A stretch of DNA of 64,000 bases from Chrysomallon squamiferum (Eukaryota > Animalia > Mollusca), in the NCBI GenBank assembly GCA_012295275.1, contig CM022676.1:16554001-16618000 (forward strand). Direction: 5' to 3'. Below are positions 49,080 through 63,703 of this stretch, piece after piece (position 1 is the first letter of the stretch; each line of letters opens with the position of its first letter). The notes under the pieces were generated by a model that saw only the letters and a list, made by a program, of their open reading frames with translations, ran no database searches and had not been told where the DNA came from. The position numbers and the translations under genes were made by a program.

Positions 49080-50780
49080 GTTGTTGTTGTTGTTGTTGTT
49101 GTTATTATTATTATTATTATTGTTCTTATTTTTTGGTTAACACATGAATAAATAAGAATAAAATCATAATATTAAGTTAAATACAAAAACAAATTTTATA
49201 ACAGATAGAAGGACACAGACAGAGAGACAGAGAGAAAAAAAGAGAGAAGTACGAGGATGAAGATATAAAAAATAAAGTATCGATAATGTAATGTTGTTCT
49301 TGATAATAAGATGATGATGATGATATTAGTGATGATGATGTAATGAGAACAAGTTCTACCTAAATCAAAATGGTTTAACTCCAGGAACACAAAGTTTATA
49401 AAAATAACGGACACTGAAGTCACCTTTGTGGTCACTACGCATAGAATCAGAATCAGTATCATTGAAATCCCAGCTGCTTATTTATAGCTTAATTTCATCT
49501 AAAATTACATGTTTGTCTACCTGTTATGAAAGAGTTCTTCGTTTAAACACCACAGGTTACCTAAAGATAATTGCAAGATGCTTTTCTTTCCGAAATTTCA
49601 GTATACCAAGACCTATGTATGAATAGATTATAGTGAAAAACTGTATGATTATCGCGATTTTGCATGTTCAATCTAGTGGTAATTAGTGAAACCGCTTTTT
49701 GTACTAAACATATTGAATCACAAAGAGAAAGTAAAAAACGTTTTTAGTTTTTTCTTTTTTTGAACCACAGATTCAGTCTATAGAAACATAGAGACAGGAA
49801 TCCCCTAATCACACAATACCTCTAGTATTTTTGTTAGTAGAAATGAAACTAAAACATGCGCTTCACCACTATATAATAACACCGATCACAAACCTGAAAA
49901 ATATCACATTGAAAGAAAACAGATGAGATTCTGTTTTAGAACAAACAAATATTGCAAAGTATAGTGAGAATGAAGAAGCTCTAGCTATAGTTCGTATTCT
50001 ACAAACATCAAACAAATATCCATTCATAATTATTATATTCAGTTAGCAAGAACAAAGTGTAAGTGTGAAGAGAGAAGGAAAAATACATTGCTAACATTTA
50101 TATTCATTAATTGTTTAATTGTTAAGATTCAGACTGCGCCCATACTGATAAATGACTGGGTATCGTAGTCACATTTAGTGCTATTTTGATCAATATCACT
50201 AATATTGATTTTTTGATCGTTAATGAACTAATTATTTATATGTGTTTTATATTCAAGAAACCTGATATCTGGTGATCAGTGAGGCCTTTTGGATGAAACG
50301 ATTTCATTCGAAAGCTACGTTGATAGGGATCCCAAATGTGCCGTTATTTCCTTAATATGTACAACTAAACTTTGGAACTTTTTCACGTTTTGTTTTACTT
50401 TACATTTGACTTTGTTACCACGTGATCTTGAAATGACCTGACGATATAAAAGTTGCAGAATCTATAATCTTTTGAGTTCAGTATTAAAATATACGTAATA
50501 GAGACGTGCTGACACTTTTCAGTGATTTAAGATACGCACCTGTCATCAGGTTACACTAGTGTTGGTTGCAGCTTACGTTATTTTATTGCACTGTTATATT
50601 ACGGCTAAAATATAATGTGGTGAAGTAAAAAATTGTATTCTTACTTTACTCGGGGAATTTGACCTGGAATGAAACTCTGTCATATTTTATTACATTATTT
50701 GTTGCTTACTCTTGAAATTATCAGGTCTACTCCTCTAACTTCACCTTCCTTATTAAATTACACCGCTATAGAACAAAACA
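48390..50780 (+). pseudogene. Duplicated promoter module with exon 1 deleted
   Basis: attcaagaaa|cctgatatctggt at about 50260 joins the homologues of 43412 and 44415, removing ~1 kb with TATA and signal exon. Confidence 0.8.
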
Positions 50781-50845
50781 AAAATGGAGGCAACTACACA
50801 TCATTATATTTATAATAATAATAATAATAATAAATATTATTAATA

Positions 50846-50900
<55 letters not shown>

Positions 50901-52094
50901 GATATTACTACTACTACTACTATTATAATTGTTTTTGCTGATGTTTTTATTGTTGCCTTTATCATTTGTGTTGCTACTGAAGAGTTACTTTATTTATCAT
51001 CTCATGAATGGTTTCTTATTTTCCTCTAAATTTATGAGCACACACTGTAACATTTCCCTACCTGCGTAATTACCATCATGAATAAGTTGAAACTCTGTAG
51101 GAAAGAGTTCATTATCATACTGTACAACAAACGCCATTAATATTATTAAATAAAACACATCCTGATGAATTGTGGGTAAAATGTCGTGTTGTGATGTTGA
51201 ATGACTAAAAGAGAAGACAACACTTTATTGACTTACATATTCTTACAACAAAGATCATGAACAGGAATCCCGAAGTGACAATCAAACTGTAACATGAGCT
51301 TTACCACTGATACAGCATCACAGATCTCTGCACCTGACCAGCATCACCTTTGTCAGAGAACAGGAGTTGGTGTCTTTAAAAAATTGAAAAGTTGACAATT
51401 ATATGATAGAATTGAATAACTTGTTGATATATTTCGCTTCCAGTCATAATTACAATCCTAATTTAAGATATGTTTTCATTATAACTGAAAGGAGAGGATT
51501 ATGCTATAATAAAATAATAAGATAACAGCTTCAGCATGTGCCCTTGTTGATAAATCATTAATAAGACGATTACTTGATAGTTATGAATTAATTATTTATT
51601 TGCATGCTACATTCAAGACACTAAATTCATTTTGTTCGCTGAAGAATGTTTTGAAATTAACTGAATAAGTGTAGATGTTCAATGGAAAATATCCAGTAAT
51701 TGAACAGAGAACCACAAAAACAGGTACCTGCACCTAATTTTAGTTTATATTTTTCTAGTATACTTAAGTTATACAATTTATAATAAACAAATAAATAAAT
51801 TATATATATGTAGATAGAAAGATAGATGGGTAGATAGGTAGAGCAGATAAAGGGACATACCTCTAGGCCGACACACAAACAGCCTGACAGAAATGTATGT
51901 AGTTTGCCTTTTGGTGACACTGACATTCATCACTTGTAAACTGCTACACAGAAAAGTTTTCTTCACTTTTCTTAGCAATAAAACTTTGTAAATGAAAATA
52001 TTTTATAAATATTTGTACTTATATATGTAATACATTCCATGTCACTTACAAAAATGCTTTGAAACAACACCCGTGACCATATTATGCATATGAA

Positions 52095-52233
52095 AATGTG
52101 AATCAGGATGTAAATTAAACTTGTTGCCTTTGGGATAGACACACTCTTCTGTTATGTTTTGAAATCAGAAGTGTTATTTCTTTCCTTATATATATATGGA
52201 TTCATTTACTTGTTATACCTGCCATCATTTCAG
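52095..52233 (+). pseudogene. Decayed paralogue of signal exon 1
   Basis: gaatcaggatgtaaat...cagaaGTG...tatatggattc...atacctgccatcatttcag|at aligns with 43957-44087; ATG is GTG and donor GT is AT. Confidence 0.65.
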
Positions 52234-53397
52234 ATATATATATATTTTTTTTTACTTTTTGAAATAGTTGTATGTGTGTATATTAAGAGTGAAATATTCA
52301 GTAATAATATTAATAATAAAACTGCATACACAAAGTAAATTATCGATTAAACCTAATAGTCATCCGATGAACGAAAACTTGTTTATACTTTTTAAAACAA
52401 CAAATCTTACTACAATTCGATTACTATCTTCTTGTTTAAATTTCTATGTATTTTTATTCATTTCATTTAAAACTCGGAATAAGTGAGACATAGAATTATG
52501 TTCTAAAATGAAGACTGTGAACTGAATAACAGTTATAATTGTGTCAACAAAATATTCACTGATAAAATTTGATTTCCGGAATGGTATTGTTATGACATCC
52601 TCAAATTTGCACATATTGGCCTTAAATGGGCGTGACTGCAGCCATAAAGACAAACTAATAGTAAAAAATGAGTTTAGTAGTAAAACACACTTAGTACAGA
52701 CATGCTGACCTCAGTTTGTACTCTGACACTTTCAGTGATTTAATGTAAATAAATGCTCCAGGTTGCACTGATCTTAAAAACAGCTTAAATATAAGATTGT
52801 GAAGTTAAACGTTTTTTTTCATTCTGTTTTTGTTTTTGTATTTTTGTTTGCTTGTTTGTTTGTTTCTGAGATAATTTGTCACGGAATGAACCTGAGCCAT
52901 ATTTTATTAAAATTTGAAATTCTTAGTTCTTTATTCCTGAGATTATTTCACCCTGTCGTTTAGTTGTGCCATTCGTACATGCTTGTGGCTATAGATATTA
53001 AATTGTCGGCTGTTTTGACACAATCTCTTGACTATTTCTGTTTTATGTTGTTTGTGAAATGTTGTATTTTGTTGTTTCTGGCTTCAGCGGCAGGATACGT
53101 TCCTGTTTATTGTATGTTGCCCCGCTGTATTCTGTAACTTGGTCTATTTGTGATCGTGTTTGTTAATAAACTACTATCAAATATCTAGTTGCGGCGGTAG
53201 CAGTTATGCCTTATTGCATCCTGACCTAAATAACAAACATTCGTCTCGAAAATATTCTGTATACTCAGAGAAAACGAGCAATTAAACAGTAAAAGTTCAC
53301 AGCTGACAGAACATTTTAAAATTATTTTCACACAAAATATAATTCTTTTCTCTGAGACTTTTACTTTTAGACGCGGGTATAAATATTATTATTGCTA

Positions 53398-53459
<62 letters not shown>

Positions 53460-54239
53460 TATTTTTTATTTTTATTATCATTAAATTATATATTTACTTG
53501 AGATACTATTATTAGCAGCAACCCTGTTATAATTATTATCATCATCATTTGACTGTTTTTTTTTTTTTTTTTTTTTTTCTGAAATATATATATTTTTTAT
53601 CTGTATCTAATAACGAATGTATTTTCCTGGTGTGTCGATAAACGATCGTCAGTTCAGTCGAATATTAAATGAAGAAATGGAACAAAATAACACTGAAATA
53701 ATGAAATGCATATGATAACCTTCATTATTTTTTCTTCATGTTTTATAGCAAATTAGTATTGTTACAAATTAGTATCGTCCGAGCACTATGATATGTGCCT
53801 GGCAATGTTTGATAAATGAAATCTATATTTTATAATTGTCTTTACGCATATTGTAACGTTCTGAAATCAGAAGAAAGAAAAAGAAGAAAAAAAAGAAACT
53901 GGAAGTAATTAACATAAATCGAAATGGTCTTATCTATATACATATATATATATCTATATAAAATCATCGTCGAAACCTTCATGTACTAAACGGACTCTTT
54001 CTCAGTAAAATGTAATAAAACACTTAAAATACAATTTTATTCAGTTATTAAGTAAACTTCGAAAATGTTTTACACAAGCACACACCAGTATTAGTTGTTT
54101 AACATGAACGAATAGTTCATACATTTTAATATGTCTTGCGTCTGTTTGTTTGTGTCTTTATGAATTGTCAAACAGTTACATCTAGAATAAGCCTACAATC
54201 AGCAGAGCTGGATTCAGTTAGTTTTTCCGTTACACAGTT

Positions 54240-54395
54240 AAACAGCGTCAGTCAACATGCTATGTGTATAAAGGAGGAATCCACATCCACATTAAAGTAG
54301 TTGCGTTACACAGACACAAACTGATCTGTTCAGTTTTCAAAAAATAAATGTCTTTATTTTGATTTATTTTCTTGACATAGCTATAATCGATTTAG
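54240..54395 (+). pseudogene. Decayed paralogue of promoter and signal exon 1
   Basis: gtcagtcaac...tataaaggaggaatc...gtagttgcgtt...ATGTCTTTATTTTGA...tttag|gtatgt; stop at codon 5, exon 10 nt shorter, donor intact. Confidence 0.7.
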
Positions 54396-55719
54396 GTATG
54401 TGATATTTATTTTAATGTAAATTGCACACATTTTTCGACTGAAGACTAAGCAGATACAATTTAGCGAACAAATTAGGTCCGAATCAAAAGTTCCGGAAGA
54501 CGGCACCCGGACTTGCCTCTACGTAGACTTGTGTGGACGGTTGTTAAAATAAAGTGTAATAAGCAATGGACGTAATTATTAACGTGACTTTAGAGAGAAA
54601 ATATTAAAACTTTCATTTTATCGTAAAAAAATGTAATAAAAATAAAATAAAAAATAAAAAAAGTGTTCGGAGTAGTGTCTGTGTGCGGATAGATATCGAA
54701 TCCAACTCGCAGAAAGTCGACAATTTTTTACTTAAACTGACGCAGTGACTAAGAGAAAATACAAGTGAAACAAGATGATAATCATAACGAATGAACCCAT
54801 AACGACAATAGAGAGAAATGTGCAAACATATCCGATTTTTGTAGTCCTTGAATAATGTATTTACTTAGGTAGTGTAATTAATTCGCCATGTTAATTTATG
54901 TTTGTGGGTCGTATGTATCGTAAAGCAGATTTTGTGTGAACGATCGTTATAAATTGACGAATTATGAAAACAAAAGGTTTACGTTTAAATAATATTATCG
55001 AATTCATTAATTTTATCACTTTTTAATTTTTTTTTTTTTTTAATTAGCTTATTACTGGCCCTAAAACAACAGTTCTTGATTCACAAGCGCGATTTCCGAT
55101 GATGCGTGTTTGTTGTTTCCTTCGTTCAGAACGTTTGACATTAGGTGAAAATACTGCAGAGAAAAGTTCAGATTTCTAATCGGGCTAAAGAGACGATTCT
55201 GCGGTATTAACGTATTATTGTTCACCTGATCTGATGCACGCCAAAACAACACCAAATATCAAAATGACAGATTAGGTATATTTTCTTACATCACAAATTT
55301 AATTATTTATTATAATAGTTACTATAAACATTGCTGCGGACATTACTAACATTCACACATGCATGTATATACATATACATACATAGATACATACTTAACA
55401 GATACTAATATACTTACTTTAATTCATACATATATACAAGCATAAGCTACTTTCACATATTAAAACATTTAATCCCTGATTTTAAAAGAAGATGCAGTAC
55501 AATATAAAATAGAAAAAAAAAAATAATAAAAGTTGTTTTGTTAAATTAAACTGATGTTGAATTTTAAGTATTCAGTGTGCTTGAAAATGTGTTAGAGTTT
55601 CAGTTCGACGTCATGTGCTGTTTCATCGGTGATTAAAAAAATCGGCTTCACCAGATCATTTTTTGTTTTCATTTACAGCTGAATCCTCTGTACACTTTCC
55701 GATTCAATCAAATCACAGC

Positions 55720-55800
55720 TGAGTCACTGATAAGTTTCAGTTTCGAGTGAATCGTTTCCTTCCTGTGGCTCTTGATTAAATTTCAATTGCTTATGAGTCA
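55720..55800 (+). promoter_or_regulatory. Intronic AP-1 / ISRE / AP-1 cluster
   Basis: TGAGTCA 55720-55726, AGTTTCAGTTTC 55733-55744 (ISRE consensus AGTTTCNNTTTC), TGAGTCA 55794-55800. Confidence 0.5.
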
Positions 55801-56379
55801 AGAAATATTTTAAAGTATATAAGAAAGAAAATATAATATTAGTGTATTATTCTTAGTTAAAATTCTTTATAATGTTTGTTAATTCAAGCACCAGTAAAAC
55901 CAACCTTAAATCTGAGAGAACTGAATAATAATTGTTAATTATTCAATTATAAAATTTATTTGATCCTGTTGATCATAATAATTGTGAGATATGTACAGTA
56001 TTTGCTAAAAGTTAAAGAAGCAATAGTTATTTCTAAAAAATAAATCGCCTTATAACTAAATTCTGATCTGATTACTGATTCGTTAAATAAAATATTCAGA
56101 AAAAAATGTACGTTTTTGAAGAAGAGAACTTCGTTGTAAATAGGTATCTACTTGTGGAAGAAATTAAATATTTTTGAAAAATGGAATAAACACATCGGTC
56201 TGTATTATTATTTCAGTAACTATATGCTTAACCACTGGTGTATCAGTACATATTTAAACCTTTCAGTACATCATCGCCATCATAATCATCATCATCATCG
56301 TAATTATGATATTTGTGTATATAGTGTTTTCTTTCTCACGAAACTGCACTGTTCTAACTCACTGATCGTCTATACATAT

Positions 56380-57130
56380 TATTAGAAAATACACTGCATT
56401 ACTTCAAACAAAACAAGTATTACTAGAAAATATAGAAAATAAATTTGAACAAAACAAGTACAATTAGAAAATATACGGATTAATGTTAAACAAGAACGAT
56501 GTATTAGAAATATACAGCGATACTTTAAACAAAAACGTATGATTAGGAAACATACAGGATACCTTTGAACAAATATATATTGTTAGAAAATAACAAGGAT
56601 AAGGTTAAACAAAGACATCATACTAGAAAATGATCACTGAAACTTTAAACAAAAACGTATTATTAGAAAATATACAGGGCAATTTTAAACAAAAATGTAT
56701 TATTAGAATACACAGTGAAACTTTATACAAAAACATATTATTAGGAGTATATACAGGACAACTTTAAACAACAAGGTAATATTCGAAAATACATGTGATA
56801 AATATATTGTTGGAAAATAAAAAGGAAAACGTTAAACAGGATAACTTTAAACAAGAATGTACTATTAAAGAACAACAGGGTAACTTTTAACAAAAACTTA
56901 TTATTAGACGTGTACAGTGAAACTTTATACTGAAAAGTATTATTAGGAATATATACATGTTAACTTTAAAAAAAATAGTATTATCAGAAAAGGCTAACGT
57001 TAAACAGAAACGTTTTATTAGAAACATAGGGTGAAACATTATTACTAAATATATAGGATAACTTTAAACAAAAACGTATAGTTAGAAAATATATATGATG
57101 AATTATAACCGAAATGCATTATTAGAAAAT
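56380..57130. repeat. ~40-bp tandem repeat, duplicate of 3850-4600
   Basis: Same units. Confidence 0.9.
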
Positions 57131-57241
57131 AAATATATATCAGTGGTTGTATGTCTATGTCCTTATATATAATACGTATACGTCTACGTATCAAAATATT
57201 AAATGAAATTGATAATTATGATTACTTGTTGTCTTTCTTCT

Positions 57242-57575
57242 TTATTTTTCTCTGCTCATTTGGTGACTACTTCTTCTGTCACTGTTAAATGCTTCGTTTC
57301 TTTTTCCCATCACAGTGTCGTCTCTATCAGGTGAATCCAGTCTGGAGATTCTGTCTGAGTTTCCTTGGATATAATCCCTGTCTGTGTTCGTTACTCGATA
57401 ATCCAGTTCTAATATAATTTTCGGATGATCCGTCAATTTCTTTCCTCCTCGATAATAGGTGCAAGTTTTTTTGCCTAATGCAATTCTTGGGTTTAGTTCC
57501 TATGGGATAAGTCCTGAATTTATTTTCTCCTTGATAATAGCTGTGAAATTTTGTTCTAGGATAATCCTTTGTTTC
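57242..57575 (-). pseudogene. Second copy of the orphan ZNFX1-locus 3' fragment
   Basis: Identical 64-aa ORF to 4705-4899. Confidence 0.7.
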
Positions 57576-60220
57576 AATTAACGGACACTGAACTCACCTT
57601 TGTGGTCATTAGGCATAGGATCAGAGTCATGATCACTGAAATCTTTGAACTTACGTTTTACTTTCTTACCACGTCATCTTGAAATGACCTCACACTACAA
57701 AAGTTGCAGAATCTATAGACTTTTGAGTTCAGTAGTAAAATATACGTAATAGAGACGTGCTCACAACAAACTTTCCATTTTTACGCTTTTTAGTGATTTA
57801 ATATACACACATGTCATGAGGTTACACTATTGTTGGTTGCAGCTTATGTTATTGTATTTCATTGTTATATTACGGCTAAAATATAATGTGGTGAAGTTAA
57901 ATTGTATTCTTAGTTTACTTGGGGAATTTGACCTGGAATGAAACTCTGTCATATTTTATTACATTATTTGTTGCTTACTCTTGAGATTATCATGTCTACT
58001 CCTCTAACTTCACCTTCCTTACTGGTTTATGTAAATGCACATTAAATTACACAGCCGTAGAACAAGACAAAAAAATGTCATATACAACCAAACAAATATG
58101 ATGTGATACCGAAGAACTGTGATTTAGAAGATAAATCACGAGCAAAAGATTTTGGTCAACAAGAAAAATTAATCCAGCAATAGTAGTGTAGAACCTCATT
58201 TTGCTCTTGAACTTATTATTATTACTTTTCTAGTGTTCATAATTGATGTTTGTGACATACATGTGTATATATATATGTATATTGAGAATCTGCTGGATGA
58301 TATGGTCTAACGCTTTAGCAATTTGTGTTAGGATACTAAATCCAAGATGGCCGCCGTATAATCTATATTCCTCATAATCTGATAGAACAGTACGATATGA
58401 TGAAAAATCGTTTTTATTTGTTTTAGAAATCGTAATTAGCTACACCATATGGTGAATTCCCTGTGAAAAAAGATATATAAAATCAAACTTTGAGAAGGTG
58501 CAATAACTACTTTGGCTCTTTCGTCCCGCGTTTTTTTCTTTTTTCTTGTTTGGTGCGAATATGAACCGGCAAGAAGGAAATCTGTTTCTGGAAAAAATAG
58601 GACTTTTCGAGACAGAACATGGCTGCAGAACCCGTGATTACCTTCGATCTAAACAGAAGACTGGAGAATCGCTGAAACTTTTCTCATAAGTAATAAGGGT
58701 TTGGCTCTGAGATTTAGTAATATATTATGATCATTTCGCTGTCAATTTTCTCATTAAACAGGTTTCAACTAAATGATTCTGTATTTTAATAGGTTTCGAA
58801 ATATTTCGTTTGGTTATTTTTTTATTTTTTTTACTATAAATGTATTTCGGAGGTAATATATCTCTTTCTTCTGTTTGTTACTGTGCTATTTATTTAACGG
58901 TTGAAGGTGGCATTATCAGTGATAGTATTAGTTGTTAGATTATCGTTTTATTTATTTTTCTTTTCTTCAATTATTATTATTACTATTATTATTATTATTT
59001 TATTTTCTAATTTTGGTTCAGTGTGCGCTTTTCTATGATAGTGTTTAAGTTGTATATATATATATAAAGTTTGACATGTGGAAGTAACTAAACTATGCTT
59101 TAGATTCTGAATGATTGACATTTTCTATTATTATTGTTAGTAGTAGTAGTAGCAGCAGTAGTAGTAGTATCAGCGTTATTATTTTTGCTATCATCCTCTT
59201 TATTACACCTATTGTTACTGAAGAGTTACTGTAATGTACGTTCTGACAATATAGACAAATGCAAACCATATTTATGCCTATGTCTACACTTATGCGCAGA
59301 CAGTGCATTAACAATGAACTATTCAGAGCGTCTTAAATAAAATCCGGTAATACCTTTCTTGTCTCGTCATACACTATTTTTAGTCTGATCTATATAACAA
59401 ATAAAAACACTCTTGCTAAACTGGTCACGCGAGTGTGATTTGAGCATTGTGTATTAGGAGGTTAGATCAGTTTCAGTCGAATGACTATTTTTTATGGCTT
59501 ACGTAACAGTTTAGTTTGGTTTATTTTGCCGTGTGTAATTACAATTGTATTTCGGAAAAAAAAGAAAAAAAAAACAACAACTGATAAACGAATCGACTTT
59601 TACGTTTTTCCTGTCTTATATTTGTAATGGATAAAAATAGGTCATATATATTACTGTTGTTGTTGTTGTTATCGTTGTCGTTGTTACTTTTGGTAGGTTT
59701 TCCAAGTAATTTATTATTATTATTTTTTTTCAATGTGGTGGTATAACGTTTGTGATATGTTATATTTTGTTGTTTCTCGCTAAAGTGGAAAAATACTTTC
59801 TATTAATTGTGAGTTATCCGCTGCTACAGCATTTATTTGATATACTGCTTCTTGATGTCCAGCAGAGCGGAATGTTTGACTGATTCAGAAAAGATTCGAA
59901 AAACCAGTTTGCAATAAACTGTTGGCAAACATCGAGCAGACCTACTTTGGCGTGTGATTTACAATTGAAAGGAAATGTCAGTTTATAGCAGATACGTGAA
60001 GTTATACTTTAACAGTACGATACAAATATAAGAACGTTTTCTTCCAGGCTGCTTGGTCATTAAGAAATGTATAATAAAACTCCAAGAATGAAAAACACAA
60101 TAATACAAATAAACACGTAGAATTTGTAGGTAGCGCGTAGATCACACACTGAAGTTTTTCCCCTTTTGCACTCCATTCATCGATACAATTATTCCTTGCA
60201 CTTATAAATTATAAATATAT

Positions 60221-60262
<42 letters not shown>

Positions 60263-60454
60263 AAATAAATAATAATTAAAATAAGGAAGTAGAATTTGCT
60301 GGTTGAAGAATAATCGCGTAGATTACACACCAAAGATTTTCTTGCGTTTCTAGCAGATGTTGGCTGAAAACACTGATAAACTTATTAACGTTTTGAGCTC
60401 AGTTAATCGATACATTATAAATATATAATAAAAAACCAAGAATAAATAAACAAA

Positions 60455-60509
<55 letters not shown>

Positions 60510-62736
60510 CTTAAAAAACGTGAATAATTTGTTTCGATTTATAAGACTAGATTATTATTATTATTATTATTATTATTTGATTTTCACGGTCAACGAAGGG
60601 AAACCTGATTTGCTATTTAATTTTCTGAAATACTCTCCACCTATGCCTCTTTTCATGATTTCAATTTCCTATGAATATAATTCTTTGAATATCATTGCCA
60701 AATGCATTTTACTGCTGTTCAGAGCTGTCTAATAATAACGGAAGAAGAAGAAGAAGAAGAAGAAGAAGAAGAAGAAGAAAAGAAGAAGAAGAAGAAGAGG
60801 AAGATCAAGATAACATTCAACTATAATGTTTATGATTTAAACTTGCTATGAATTTAATTCACGAAATTTGAATATGTAATGTATTTCACTGCTGTTTCGA
60901 TAAACGATGTTCTGTCCCGTCTATTAATAACTGAAGAAGATGAAGAAAACATCGCTGAAATAATTAAATGTATCTAATTACATTTATTATTTTTTCTTCA
61001 TTTTTGTTATAGTGTATTGTTGTTGTCGTTGTCTTTCTAGTTATTATTATTATTATTATTCAGCAGTTGCTATAATTTATCTTGAATGTTGATAAACGTA
61101 AATGTTTTCTACTTTCCTATTTATTTCTCCACTTAAGCGCAGGTATTGTATTAACAATACATTTTTCAGATAATAGTTAGTAAGATCCAGGTATACCTCT
61201 GTGTATTTCGTGCAGCAGTCACAGACTATTTTTATTTGACATAAATAAGCAGCAAATATGTACTTGCTATATTGGTTATGCGGGTATCGTTTCAGCATCA
61301 TTACAAATCTGAAAAACGAAAATAACGTTATGAAATCATCTCTACGTAAGCTGTAACGTTCTGTAACATGTAAAAGACAAAAAATAATCAATAAATAAAT
61401 AAATAATAAAAAGTAAAACAAAGACAAATAACATTAACCTAAAACAGTCCTATGCATATTGAGAATCTCGAAACCGGAATGTACGAAACGGCTTTTTTGC
61501 TCCGAGAAATATCATAAAACTTCTCTCCAGTCAGTGTTTCACAAGTATAAACCATTATCATTCGTTTAGCTTGGACGAACAGTCGCTACATTTTAACATA
61601 ATTAATGTCTGTGAGTCATCCCTATTATTAAGTGTGAATCAAATCTAATTATTAACTTTTGTTTGTTTGTTCGTTGATGGAATGCACAATAGTTGTATAT
61701 ATAATCCGACAATGTGCACAGTTGGTTTAAGTTAGCTATCCGATTACAAAATACCTGTATTATATGTTTACGCTGCGAGAAACAATTCATACAATTTTAT
61801 ATGTTTTGTTTTTTTTTTTTTTTTTTTTTTTCACGTCTGTGTGACTTATTAGTGCCTCTTTGCCAGACTTATTTTTAGGTGTAATTTTGTTTTCTGTGTA
61901 GTGAATTATATATAATATTCACAAAACACTTATTTTATATGCCCATTTAAAGTAGAATGTCTGATACATTTTATATTATGTAAGGTATGATATTACAGTA
62001 ACATTTATTGATCTATAGTGTATATTATGTTTATAAACTCATTTTCTAACGGTTCTTCAATGTTTACCTAATTAGTGTCAGAAAATGAGGCCAACTACGC
62101 ATCATAATGATTATGATTATGATTATTGTTAGTTGTAGTAGTAGTATTATTATCGTCACGATCATTTCCATTATTATATCATAGTATTTACTGATTATCG
62201 TACCACAGTATCTTTGAAAGCAGTGTTCCACTAGCAGCTTTTGACACTTATTACATTTTCTGACTTTAAATTTATTATTATTATTATTTTTGATCAGACC
62301 ATTGGCACAAAACGCCTGTATATCAGAACTTATTATTTATTTGATAATTTCATTTACTAATCCCAAAATAAAGTTGAATTATCTCATACTATTGACCTCA
62401 GCGATTGTAAAAGAAGGGAGAGTACTACTTAACAGTTAAAAAAGTCATATGTCTGTGCACGGGTGTATCTGTATATAATTTCAGCTTTTCAGTACATTAA
62501 TATGAGAAATATTAGTTGCCGATATTTATGGCAACACTAGAGATAGAGCGACATCTTTATTTTACCCAACTTTATGTTTATTACCGAATATCTGTTACAT
62601 AATTTTCTTTACAGGGTAAATATCATATGTGAGTATGTACATGTTTGTTTGTTGTTTGTTTTTTTGCTCTTGTTTTTTATTAAATAAAACTTACTATTGT
62701 TATTTACAGATCATATATAAAAAGTTATTATTTCAG

Positions 62737-62881
62737 TACCAGTACGGTTAGTAAATGGAGGAGGAAAACCAACACAAGGTCGAGTTGAGATTCAAGTAAA
62801 CGGGACGTGGGGAACAATCTGTGATGATGATTTTGATGAGAAAGATGCTTCTGTTTTATGTCACATGTTAGGATTTAGTCG
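62737..62881 (+). CDS. SRCR1 exon A of the downstream receptor copy
   Basis: Same sequence as 10197-10341, AG/GT intact. Confidence 0.94.
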
Positions 62882-63703
62882 GTAATTTGTTTATTATATT
62901 TGTATTTATTTATTTTTGTTATTTAATGAAATAAAATTCAAAAGTATTTTTACAGACATAGTAGATTCAGATATACTCACAACCAGAAGATAACGAATTG
63001 TTGTTCAAATACATTACACGCGAAATTCCTCTCGATGGAATTTTTCACATTTCAAATATGTTTGTAGGAAATAATGATAATTATAGTAGCTGTAGTATTA
63101 GTAGTAGTATTAGTAGTAGAAGTAGTAGTAGTAGTAGTAGTAGAAGAAGTAGTAGTAGTAGTAAATGTATATAATGCTGCTAAGTATATTTACACTATAT
63201 TAATGGTATTACTGTATCAAACATTGTCCATTAAAATTGTTTCGAAATAATTTAGAAAATAAGTATATTCTTCCGAAAACCTTAGAAATAAACGCACGTC
63301 TACAGAATACTTTTCCAAGAAATTTTTCATAATATTTATTTTATTCATTGTATTTACTTATTATACAAAAATAATAATAATAAGAAGACGAAGAAGAAGA
63401 AAGAAGAAGAAGAAGAAGAAGAAGAAGAAGAAGAAAAGGAAAAGATGAAGAAAACAAGAAGAATAAAGAAAAACACAAAAAATAGCAGTAATGATGATAA
63501 ACGATCGCATTTCATTTAGGATATTTAAACTATCTTTTTCAGTATCAACGCATTGTTTCATTAAACATTGTTGGAATCACATAGAAAGTAATAACTTTCT
63601 TCTCAAAACTTTGACACTAAAATGAGATGTGTTGAAGATGTTTAGTAAACCATGCTCTATAATACTCATTTCACTGTACATATTATTCATTTCTTTTTTG
63701 AAG

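Noticed and set aside
54430-55300. Possible transposon insertion after the dead exon 1
   Set aside because: CpG-richer unique sequence but no terminal repeats, TSD or ORF that I could identify
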